DNA of 27,260 nucleotides from a virus (IMGVR_UViG_3300035135_002236:1-27260), one strand, 5' to 3'; shown: positions 17,147 to 23,917, counted from the first letter of the stretch. A program made the numbers and translations. The notes: generated by a model not told the origin, from the sequence alone.

Positions 17147-17555
17147 TCTAGCCATAGGTATCCAAGCGGAGCTGAGGCTCCTCGAGCACCTCCGCCAGAA
17201 ATATCCTGACGCCTACAAGGTAGAAGGCAAGCACAGCGAGTACGATTTGGTGGTGCCAGGGCGATTTACTGTTGAGGTAAAGTTTGATCCTGCGTCACAG
17301 CGGACGGGAAACGTGGTGATTGAGTATTACCACGGGAAGGCTTCGGGCTTGCACGTCAGCACAGCGGACTGGTGGGTCTTCGACACCGGAGAGAGAGATG
17401 GTGTCATCTGGCTCACACAGTCCGCCGTACGTCAGTGTATCGTTAGCGAGTCGTTACAGCCGGTAAAAATACAAGGTCCGGATGATCGTCTTCCGAAATG
17501 GGTGTTTCTAGTTCCATTAACGGTCTTAAAGCGATATTCATCTCAAGAGCCTTGA
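17130..17555 (+). CDS. PD-(D/E)XK restriction-endonuclease-fold protein
   Basis: YD...VEVKFD...TGNVVIE...SGL..STADWW; GTG start after GGAGG. Confidence 0.72.
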   Translation: MPFAHDLAIGIQAELRLLEHLRQKYPDAYKVEGKHSEYDLVVPGRFTVEVKFDPASQRTGNVVIEYYHGKASGLHVSTADWWVFDTGERDGVIWLTQSAVRQCIVSESLQPVKIQGPDDRLPKWVFLVPLTVLKRYSSQEP

Positions 17556-17715
17556 TCGCCATGTCTGGCATCGTCCGGTAGCCCCTCGCCGATTGTGACC
17601 GCTTCCAGTTGCGTACTGTCCACGGGCTTACACCGATCATAGTTGCTACCTGCGACGAATCCAATCCATGGTCGTCCATCAACGACATTAGCCGTTCGTT
17701 GTTGCTCATCTTCAT
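17443..17715 (-). CDS. Small XRE/Cro-like HTH protein
   Basis: HGLDSSQVATMIGVSPWTVRNW...RTMP pattern. Confidence 0.75.
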   Translation of the reverse strand: MKMSNNERLMSLMDDHGLDSSQVATMIGVSPWTVRNWKRSQSARGYRTMPDMAIKALEMNIALRPLMELETPISEDDHPDLVFLPAVTTR

Positions 17716-17785
17716 ACTCCCAAAAACTTACTAATAAAAAGGCGAAGCCGACCGTACTGAGGTACAGCCCCTCACGCCTGTTCAC
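17543..17785 (-). CDS. Small protein with N-terminal hydrophobic segment
   Basis: LYLSTVGFAFLLVSFW; fills 17716-17785 but overlaps the HTH gene by 173 nt. Confidence 0.4.
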   Translation of the reverse strand: MNRREGLYLSTVGFAFLLVSFWEYEDEQQRTANVVDGRPWIGFVAGSNYDRCKPVDSTQLEAVTIGEGLPDDARHGDQGS

Positions 17786-17981
17786 TTACGATCTGCGTGA
17801 GTTCCCTCAGCAGCTCCTGCTGCCGACGCAGCTTCTCAACATCTGGTTGACACAAAGCCATCTTGATTTGGTTCAGCTCTAGCGGTGTCAAAACGATTGA
17901 CGACTTCATGCCGTCCGCTAGCACGTCCCAATACTTTCGCTCCTTGTCGTTGAGCATTTGGATAACCTGTTGTTTCCTCAT
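17772..17981 (-). CDS. Hypothetical early protein
   Basis: ATGA-coupled ORF in the leftward cluster. Confidence 0.7.
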   Translation of the reverse strand: MRKQQVIQMLNDKERKYWDVLADGMKSSIVLTPLELNQIKMALCQPDVEKLRRQQELLRELTQIVSEQA

Positions 17982-18196
17982 GCGTACGTCTCCAATATAA
18001 AGTCAAAGAATTGCTGGAGGCTTTCGCCTTCCAGCTCCACGGTTTCTCCGTTGTATGTGATCTCGTCCCAGTCGATAAACGTCTGTGGCTCTTTGCTCAC
18101 CGACCCCCAGAACTCAACAGTCTCGTACTCTGTCCAGATCTGGAGGTTGTCGATCTCGATATCACTGGGATCGATCTTGACGGTGGCAATGATCAA
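17978..18196 (-). CDS. Hypothetical acidic early protein
   Basis: TTG start after GGAGG; strongly D/E-rich. Confidence 0.7.
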   Translation of the reverse strand: MIIATVKIDPSDIEIDNLQIWTEYETVEFWGSVSKEPQTFIDWDEITYNGETVELEGESLQQFFDFILETYA

Positions 18197-18279
18197 CGTT
18201 GAGAACCCTCCAGTAGCTCGTCGAGCTTCTCTAGCAGTTCCGCCACATCAATGACGACATCAGGCTCAGTTGAGGACAT
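18193..18279 (-). CDS. 28-aa acidic peptide
   Basis: MSSTEPDVVIDVAELLEKLDELLEGSQR; GGAGG RBS; bridges its neighbours with overlaps; not in the ORF track. Confidence 0.55.
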   Translation of the reverse strand: MSSTEPDVVIDVAELLEKLDELLEGSQR

Positions 18280-18487
18280 AGGACAGACCCTCCGCCTGAA
18301 GCTCATCGACGGTGTGCTTGCGAAGCTCGTTGCGGACTTCTTCTTGCACCTTGCGGATGAGTTCGATCTGGTACACGGCTGGCTCTGCCATGTACGGATC
18401 GTCGATTTGAGTGATCCTCCACTGCTCGTGTGCAGACGAGTTCAATGCGCGATCGACGATCGCTAGCTGTTTCAAAGTTAAGTTCAT
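18266..18487 (-). CDS. Hypothetical early protein
   Basis: AAGGAG RBS, ATGA coupling. Confidence 0.75.
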   Translation of the reverse strand: MNLTLKQLAIVDRALNSSAHEQWRITQIDDPYMAEPAVYQIELIRKVQEEVRNELRKHTVDELQAEGLSYVLN

Positions 18488-18720
18488 GCTGATCTCCTTA
18501 TGTCGGCACAGAATTCAGTCTCGAACCACTCGCCGACAGAGAGGTCAGAGTTTTCAACCGTGCGTACGAATTCCATTGATTCGCTGACGGTTCTTATTCC
18601 GTCGGAGCCGAAGTAGTGGTCGCGTATGTCCCACACCAGCTCCGTGTTCGAGTGTTCACGCTGAAGGACGTAACGCACTTTGAGGTGCGCGTAGTCCTCC
18701 CTCCGGTACGTCCGCCTCAT
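18484..18720 (-). CDS. Hypothetical early protein
   Basis: GAGGAG RBS, ATGA coupling. Confidence 0.75.
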   Translation of the reverse strand: MRRTYRREDYAHLKVRYVLQREHSNTELVWDIRDHYFGSDGIRTVSESMEFVRTVENSDLSVGEWFETEFCADIRRSA

Positions 18721-18899
18721 CTTTGCTCCTCGTATTTTTTCTTCAGGTACTCATCGACTTTTTGGTCGAGCGCTTTCGCCCCCCAGACCCATAGCCAGGT
18801 TTTGGCAAACTCCTCAGTGCATTGACCATCCAGCCCCACACGCCCGTTGATTGCCTCGAGGTCGATATCCGACAGGTTGTATTCGACGGTGACTTTCAT
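18717..18899 (-). CDS. Hypothetical early protein
   Basis: GGAGG RBS, ATGA coupling. Confidence 0.75.
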   Translation of the reverse strand: MKVTVEYNLSDIDLEAINGRVGLDGQCTEEFAKTWLWVWGAKALDQKVDEYLKKKYEEQR

Positions 18900-19132
18900 G
18901 ACCTTGCCTCCTCTACCACTTCAGCGTCAGGATCGTGGGTATCGCATTCGTCTGGGAAGCTCCACTCCCAGCCACCCAAGCCGTCCTCTTGCATTCGATC
19001 AGCTACCCAATCGGAACCCTCATACATGAGGTAGTCGAATACCTGCTCTCTGCTCCAATTTGCAGGGCAATTAATTTTGCAGAACAGGTCAGTTTCCATG
19101 ACCGCTCTGACCATCCATGTTTTGGTTTTCAT
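18896..19132 (-). CDS. Hypothetical acidic early protein
   Basis: Start at MKTKTW (GGAGG RBS, ATGA overlap) rather than 19222. Confidence 0.72.
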   Translation of the reverse strand: MKTKTWMVRAVMETDLFCKINCPANWSREQVFDYLMYEGSDWVADRMQEDGLGGWEWSFPDECDTHDPDAEVVEEARS

Positions 19133-19440
19133 GCCGCTTCCTCCGCTTTGTCTAGGCAGTCGTGACAGGTGCCGTTGTCGCTTTCTGTGTCGATAAAACC
19201 GCTCTCGACTAGCTGGTTGCACTCAGGGCATTTCTGCCACTGAGCCTCGTCGGGGTGAACCATGTTGGTTTCTCCACCGCAGTCGTCACACCAGATCCCG
19301 ATCTCTCCAAGTTCGTCGTCTCTGGCAATTCCGCCCGTATGGAAAATGGTGTAGTTGTAGTGAACGTGATCGTTCGTCCCGCAGCTCTTGCACACGAGTT
19401 CGGGATCCATCTCGATTACAAATTTGATTAAGTCAGTCAT
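19129..19440 (-). CDS. Zinc-ribbon protein with four CxxC pairs
   Basis: CKSC, CDDC, CPEC, CHDC; CATGGAGAGAGA RBS. Confidence 0.75.
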   Translation of the reverse strand: MTDLIKFVIEMDPELVCKSCGTNDHVHYNYTIFHTGGIARDDELGEIGIWCDDCGGETNMVHPDEAQWQKCPECNQLVESGFIDTESDNGTCHDCLDKAEEAA

Positions 19441-19482
19441 GTCTCTCTCCATGAAAATTTTTGGGGCGGGGAAATAAATCCC

Positions 19483-19698
19483 TCACCCCAGATAAAACTC
19501 AGGCATAGCCAAGTAGTCAGTTGATTGGATAACCCCACACACAGATGCCGAGTGCAGTTCGGGAAGCTTCATCAGCTCGTAGTACGCCTCTCGCGCTTCT
19601 GCTAGAAAATCGTAGGCAGTCCAGTGATCCTCGAGGTCATTGCTGACCTCTGGATCTGAGTGGGTGTAGGTAGACCAAACGAGAAGGACTTTGCTCAT
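19483..19698 (-). CDS. Hypothetical early protein
   Basis: GAGGAGG RBS, ATGA coupling. Confidence 0.75.
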   Translation of the reverse strand: MSKVLLVWSTYTHSDPEVSNDLEDHWTAYDFLAEAREAYYELMKLPELHSASVCGVIQSTDYLAMPEFYLG

Positions 19699-19967
19699 GA
19701 CGCTTCCTCCTCAAGGTATGCCTTGGTGTAAGCCCACTCCTTAACCTCTTCGATAGAGTTGGTTTCGTCGATGGATGACACCTCACAGTCAGGCGAGTAA
19801 AAGAACTCTCGAGTCAGTGAGCCGTCAGGCATTCGCGCCTTGCAGAACTCCTCTTTGATGTCCACTGCCGCCGCCTCGCCAATAGCTCGAGCCGTGTCGA
19901 TGTCTTCAGCGATCACATCAACGTAAAGATCCGCTTGAACGGTTATCCAAACTTGGAAGCTCTTCAT
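19695..19967 (-). CDS. Hypothetical acidic early protein
   Basis: GGAGGT RBS, ATGA coupling. Confidence 0.75.
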   Translation of the reverse strand: MKSFQVWITVQADLYVDVIAEDIDTARAIGEAAAVDIKEEFCKARMPDGSLTREFFYSPDCEVSSIDETNSIEEVKEWAYTKAYLEEEAS

Positions 19968-20176
19968 GACGCCACCTCCCGCAGTTCCGCCAGTGCTTTT
20001 TTGACTTGACCGATGTAATCAGCCATCTGCTCGTCAGCATCCTCAGCGTCGGGGTCGATGTATGGCGTACCGTTGCCCATCGTGTTCCAGAGGTTGATGC
20101 TTGCACCCGACACGTAGGTCAGGTCGCCGATGTAGGCTTCGAGATACCCGCAGGCATTCATGATTGGCTGGCTCAT
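19964..20176 (-). CDS. Hypothetical early protein
   Basis: GGAGGT RBS, ATGA coupling. Confidence 0.75.
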   Translation of the reverse strand: MSQPIMNACGYLEAYIGDLTYVSGASINLWNTMGNGTPYIDPDAEDADEQMADYIGQVKKALAELREVAS

Positions 20177-20349
20177 GACTTCACCTCCAGCACTTCCGCC
20201 TGAACAAACAGGTCATCCGGCAGTGAAAAAATAAGCGCCTGAAGTTTCTCCGCTTGTGCTACGGCTTCGTCATCACGTCCCGCGCCTTTCATCATTGCGA
20301 GCATGCTCAGGTGAAACCACATCTGATCGCGCATTAGTTTCTGTTCCAT
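20173..20349 (-). CDS. Hypothetical early protein (58 aa)
   Basis: Start at MEQKLM behind the CATGGAGAGAGA RBS; the listed upstream extension runs through a structured leader. Confidence 0.72.
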   Translation of the reverse strand: MEQKLMRDQMWFHLSMLAMMKGAGRDDEAVAQAEKLQALIFSLPDDLFVQAEVLEVKS

Positions 20350-20420
20350 TTGTCTCTCTCCATGTGACGGTGCAAAAGCGCACCCGAAAGGACACCCGCA
20401 GGTGCCCAGTCGGCTAGGCT
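20350..20420 (-). repeat. Structured intergenic leader, copy 1
   Basis: AGCCGACTG-GGCACC-TGCG-GGTGTC-CTTTCG-GGTGCG-CTTT-TGCACC-..-CATGGAGAGAGA. Confidence 0.75.
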
Positions 20421-20668
20421 CTAGCGAGTGCCTCTTGAAACTGTTCCTCGAGATAAAGCAGATCCGTCTCGCAGTTCCACGGATCAAAAAAGTTAGTCCA
20501 CCAGCACACCGTCCGGTCGCCCTCAGAGGCGATCACAAACGGCGGGGCTTCGTCCCCTTGGGTTGGGTGTTCGTAGAAGTCGAAACGCCTCCGCTCGCCC
20601 ATTGAAAAGCCCAAGTGGTAGCAGTCGCGGCGGATGCGTTCGGGGTCGTATTTTTTGTCAGACCACAT
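20414..20668 (-). CDS. Hypothetical early protein
   Basis: GGAGG RBS, TGATG coupling. Confidence 0.75.
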   Translation of the reverse strand: MWSDKKYDPERIRRDCYHLGFSMGERRRFDFYEHPTQGDEAPPFVIASEGDRTVCWWTNFFDPWNCETDLLYLEEQFQEALARA

Positions 20669-21000
20669 CAGATGTCCCTCCCGTAGTTGACAGAGACAAA
20701 CACCTCCCGCACGTCCGACGTAGACCCGTCAGCGTTGCGGCGAAGGTCAGCAAAGGGCGAACCCATGACCACGCCCACGGAGTTGGTGAACCATTGCCCC
20801 GTGCAGTCGTAGTCGCTGGTGATGTCCTCGCGGAAATACTCGACAGCCAGCTCTAGCAGTTCCGCGTGGGTAAGGTCGGCGGGCACAACAGCGGTCAGGA
20901 CAAATTTGGCATCCGTGCCGTTATTGTCCCGCCCGTCGAAGATGTCCCAAGCGCGGGCGCTGGTGTCGTCGATAAAGCCGTGGACTAGATGGTTTCTCAT
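20668..21000 (-). CDS. Hypothetical acidic early protein
   Basis: GGAGG RBS, ATGA coupling. Confidence 0.75.
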   Translation of the reverse strand: MRNHLVHGFIDDTSARAWDIFDGRDNNGTDAKFVLTAVVPADLTHAELLELAVEYFREDITSDYDCTGQWFTNSVGVVMGSPFADLRRNADGSTSDVREVFVSVNYGRDI

Positions 21001-21332
21001 GCCGCCGCCTCCTCTAACAGTTCCGCCACAGCGTCACGGACGCCGTTGTGCATCAGGTGAAAGGCGATAAGGGTCATCACGCGATCGGCGGTGACGTTGT
21101 CACCACACCCGCCGCAGTCCTCGAAATCGCTTTCGGCTTGGTTGAACAGGTCGGAATGACAGCGGCGCATCATGTCGCACAGATCCCACGCTTGCGCGGT
21201 GTAGATCACCCACTGGTGACCGTCGGCAAACTGCCACGCCAGATCGTCAACGTCGGAGTCGTATTCCTTGGACTCCGCCACGATGTCATGAGCGGCGCTC
21301 TCAATCTCTTCTAAAAATTCAGCGTAATTCAT
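20997..21332 (-). CDS. Ocr-like acidic anti-restriction (DNA mimic) candidate
   Basis: 111 aa, very acidic; DVDDL...AD...Y, FEDCG and DRVM resemble T7 gp0.3 DTDDL...AD...YY, FEDSG, IRIL as recalled from memory. Confidence 0.55.
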   Translation of the reverse strand: MNYAEFLEEIESAAHDIVAESKEYDSDVDDLAWQFADGHQWVIYTAQAWDLCDMMRRCHSDLFNQAESDFEDCGGCGDNVTADRVMTLIAFHLMHNGVRDAVAELLEEAAA

Positions 21333-21408
21333 TGGTTTCTCTCTCCATGGTTTGGTGCAAAGTCACACCCGAAAACGCCCCCGAAGGGGCGCAGACGGCT
21401 GGGGCTTA
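21333..21408 (-). repeat. Structured intergenic leader, copy 2
   Basis: AGCCGTCTG-CGCCCC-TTCG-GGGGCG-TTTTCG-GGTGTG-ACTT-TGCACC-..-CATGGAGAGAGA. Confidence 0.75.
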
Positions 21409-21819
21409 GGCACTAGCCAGTTGAGCAAAGCGAGCCACGTCATAGCCCACCGGCTGGTCAGGCTCGAACGAACAGGCTCGACCCACAGCGGTGGCGAGTT
21501 CGGCGAGGTAGGCTTTGGCGGTGATCTTCTGGCGCTTGCCCAGCGGTGGGGTTTGGACTCTCACGACGCTGTGCAGGTCAACGGTCGGACAATCGTCCGT
21601 GTCGGTGCAGTACACACTCGCGTGATCCCACGACAGCGCATCCATGCCGGTCACGTCGTAGACAGCGATGCCAACGTCTTTGTCGTCGAGTTTGTAATAC
21701 CTCGACCAATCGAGAACGCAGACCCGCAGGGCTTGCTCGACAGCGTCGAAAATGGTTTCGGATCTGGCGAAGGATGAACCGCCGCCGATTTGGATTATTG
21801 CTAAGTAATCTTTTTGCAT
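21406..21819 (-). CDS. Hypothetical protein, first gene of the early cluster
   Basis: 137-aa ORF with CATGGAGAGAGA RBS. Confidence 0.78.
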   Translation of the reverse strand: MQKDYLAIIQIGGGSSFARSETIFDAVEQALRVCVLDWSRYYKLDDKDVGIAVYDVTGMDALSWDHASVYCTDTDDCPTVDLHSVVRVQTPPLGKRQKITAKAYLAELATAVGRACSFEPDQPVGYDVARFAQLASA

Positions 21820-21851
21820 TTGTCTCTCTCCATGTCAGCAAAAAATGATCA

Positions 21852-21925
21852 GGGTTCACTGAACCCATTTACAGACTTAACCCCTATCATTTCCAATGTC
21901 AACAGGTAAATCTTCATGGTAGAAT
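21852..21925. promoter_or_regulatory. Divergent promoter region with palindrome
   Basis: Leftward TTGACA (21902-21897) with weak -10 (TAAGTC); rightward extended -10 TGGTAGAAT (21917-21925); palindrome GGGTTCA-C-TGAACCC (21852-21866). Confidence 0.55.
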
Positions 21926-21962
21926 TTGACACTTGATATCACTTTGACCAGGCACCGAAAAA

Positions 21963-22229
21963 ATGGATGTGAATCAGAGACTTGAGAGAATCGAAGAGAA
22001 GCTCGACAGCGTGTCCGAAATGTTGGCGCAATTGGGACGAATTGAAGAGCGAGCGAGCGGAATCGACACGCGAGTCACTCGCCACGAGTACCGGCCGGAC
22101 GTGATTGAAGGCATTCAGCGAGAGCAGTCGGAGAAGCTATCGAGCCACATCGGAAAGGGTCTGATATTCGAGCGAGCCGCGTGGATTGTTTTGGCTGGTG
22201 TGCTGAGTCTTGGATCGAAAATTTTTTAG
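21963..22229 (+). CDS. Coiled-coil protein with C-terminal transmembrane helix
   Basis: RLERIEEKLD heptads then AAWIVLAGVLSLG; architecture common among phage holin/antiholin-like proteins. Confidence 0.65.
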   Translation: MDVNQRLERIEEKLDSVSEMLAQLGRIEERASGIDTRVTRHEYRPDVIEGIQREQSEKLSSHIGKGLIFERAAWIVLAGVLSLGSKIF

Positions 22230-22304
22230 CGCGGGAAAAAAGAACCCGCACCCCATGTCCGTTTCCCCTATAGGGAGAAGACAGGGAGAGAGGGAGCAAA
22301 CGTC

Positions 22305-22721
22305 ATGACAGACAAGCTGCGGAAGCTCACAGAAAGACAACGAAGGTTCGTTGATGAATACATGGCTTGCGGTAACGGCGCAGAGGCGGCAAGGCGAGCC
22401 GGTTACAGCGAAGGCATCGCCAAAGTGCAAGCGAGCGAGAACCTAACCAAACAGAACGTTAAGGCGGAAATTGAGCGGAGAAGGCAGGAAATGAGCGAAG
22501 ACAGCGAGGATAGACGTGCGAAATGGATCTCTCGTCTTGAGGCTCTGGCGATCGACGCGGAGAAGGACGCGGACAAACTGCGAGCGATCGAGGGGCTTTT
22601 CAAGGCTGAGGGCTGGCTTGCTCCCGAAAAATCAGAGGTTGTGGCGCTAAATGGTGCTTTTTTGGCGGAAATTGATCTGGAAGACGAAGAAAACCCTCCA
22701 GATATCAATGACTTACACTAG
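22305..22721 (+). CDS. terS: Terminase small subunit
   Basis: LTERQRRFVDEY...NGAEAARRAGYS...ASENL signature. Confidence 0.9.
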   Translation: MTDKLRKLTERQRRFVDEYMACGNGAEAARRAGYSEGIAKVQASENLTKQNVKAEIERRRQEMSEDSEDRRAKWISRLEALAIDAEKDADKLRAIEGLFKAEGWLAPEKSEVVALNGAFLAEIDLEDEENPPDINDLH

Positions 22722-22751
22722 CCGAGTGCAACCTTTAGCAGGTTGGAACCC
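22703..22751. promoter_or_regulatory. IHF consensus plus two attP-arm-identical half-sites
   Basis: TATCAAtgacTTA (22703-22715); GAGTGCAACCTT (22724-22735) is the reverse complement of 7969-7980; CAGGTTGGAACCC (22739-22751) is the reverse complement of 7905-7917. Confidence 0.7.
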
Positions 22752-22768
22752 GCGCAGATCAGGGGCAT

Positions 22769-22872
22769 GACCGGGGGGGGGTATGGCGTATCGCGACCCC
22801 CGCCATCGACCATCTGGTTCCATTGGGCTTAGACACTGTACAGACCGGGGTATGGCGTTTTTTTAGGGGGGG
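22769..22872 (+). repeat. G-run direct repeats, candidate packaging/terminus region
   Basis: GACC-G9-TATGGCGT (22769-22789) and GACC-G4-TATGGCGT (22843-22858), then T7 and G7 runs, in non-coding DNA after terS. Confidence 0.55.
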
Positions 22873-22908
22873 CGGTCTTTCTGAGAGTACCCACCAACAG
22901 GAGGAAAT

Positions 22909-23064
22909 ATGAGCTTGTACGAAAACATCAGGAAACGCAGAGCATCGGGCAAACCCATGCGGAAAAAAGGCGATAAAGGCGCTCCAACTGACGCTGATTT
23001 TAAGCGAGCAGCTAAGACAGCCAAGAAGCCCCGTAAAAAGCCCGCTAAGCGAGGTAAAAAGTAA
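22909..23064 (+). CDS. 51-aa Lys/Arg-rich protein
   Basis: MSLYENIRKRRASGKPMRKKGDKGAPTDADFKRAAKTAKKPRKKPAKRGKK; AGGAGG RBS; TAATG coupling; not in the ORF track. Confidence 0.8.
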   Translation: MSLYENIRKRRASGKPMRKKGDKGAPTDADFKRAAKTAKKPRKKPAKRGKK

Positions 23065-23300
23065 TGGCTACCCCACGTAAGGGCAAGGCTAAAGTGAAGG
23101 TCACAGCCTCAGGAAGGAAGGTTTCCTATGGTGCAAAAGGTGCATCTGTAAAACCGGGCACAAAAAAAGGCGACTCATACTGTGCTCGTAGCCTGGGAAT
23201 CAAAAAACGCCTACCTAAATCCAAGCAAAACGACCCAAACACACCCAACAATCTCTCAAGAAAGCGCTGGAAATGCTCTGGTGCTAAGTCGAGGAAGTGA
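23064..23300 (+). CDS. Small basic phage protein (SYCARS...DPN...WKC type)
   Basis: 78 aa, Lys-rich, GAGG RBS. Confidence 0.78.
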   Translation: MATPRKGKAKVKVTASGRKVSYGAKGASVKPGTKKGDSYCARSLGIKKRLPKSKQNDPNTPNNLSRKRWKCSGAKSRK

Positions 23301-23303
23301 AAG

Positions 23304-23507
23304 ATGGTAACAGCGGCTCAACTCAAGCAAGCATTCAAGTCCAAAACAGTCCAATACGGCGTGGCTATTGCCGTTTTGTCCGTTTTACAGGGCTTCGTAG
23401 GCTTTTTACCCACCAATCCGGCGGTTCAAGCGATGATCGGCTGCGCGATAGCGAGCGGGATTGTCGTGTTGCGGTTCATGACGACCCAGCCGGTAAGCGA
23501 GAAGTAG
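23304..23507 (+). CDS. Putative holin
   Basis: Two hydrophobic helices, GAGG RBS, directly upstream of the lysin-like gene. Confidence 0.68.
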   Translation: MVTAAQLKQAFKSKTVQYGVAIAVLSVLQGFVGFLPTNPAVQAMIGCAIASGIVVLRFMTTQPVSEK

Positions 23508-23509
23508 CT

Positions 23510-23917
23510 ATGGAAGTTTTAGTAGAGCGATTTTGCTACCACCCAGAAGGCACTCTAGGCGTCATGACGGTCGGTGGAGAGGAGTTCTATACCGTAGAGC
23601 GCCCATGGGAGCACAACCTCCCACGGATCTCCTGCATCCCTGAGGGGACGTATGAAATGAAGCGCAGAAAGTCTCCTAAGTTTGGTTGGTGCTGGGAAGT
23701 AAAAGACGTTCCCAATCGGACATATATCCTTTTTCACTCGGCAAATTTCCCTGATGAACTGCAAGGTTGTATCGCTCCGGGCATGAGCTTGATGAGTGAT
23801 CGTATTGCGGTATCCAGAAGCCGTGATGCGATGAAGGAGTTCGAAGAACTGACTCACGAGCAAGAATGCAGCTTGGTCATAAAGTTTGCACCGTCTGCGG
23901 CTCTGAAAAGCCAGTAG
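23510..23917 (+). CDS. DUF5675-like protein, putative endolysin
   Basis: GTLG, TVERPW..N...SCIPEG.Y, VPNR..ILFH.AN...LQGCI..G motifs; start at MEVLVER. Confidence 0.75.
   Translation: MEVLVERFCYHPEGTLGVMTVGGEEFYTVERPWEHNLPRISCIPEGTYEMKRRKSPKFGWCWEVKDVPNRTYILFHSANFPDELQGCIAPGMSLMSDRIAVSRSRDAMKEFEELTHEQECSLVIKFAPSAALKSQ

Noticed and set aside
20350-21408. Hammerhead ribozyme identity for the repeated leaders
   Set aside because: The CUGAnGA and GAAA core is not present in the required arrangement.
19441-21836. CRISPR-like or tandem array suggested by the recurring TCTCTCTCCATG
   Set aside because: Copies are 0.5-1 kb apart, separated by genes and located at RBS positions; no regular spacers or cas genes.
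22268-22278. CTATAGGGAGA, identical to the 3' end of the T7 promoter
   Set aside because: The upstream specificity region does not match, I saw only one copy, no phage RNA polymerase is in the window, and it is explained by a local hairpin near the terS RBS.
23297-23509. Long N-terminal extension of the DUF5675-like ORF
   Set aside because: Overlaps the holin in another frame; family motifs begin at MEVLVER (23510).
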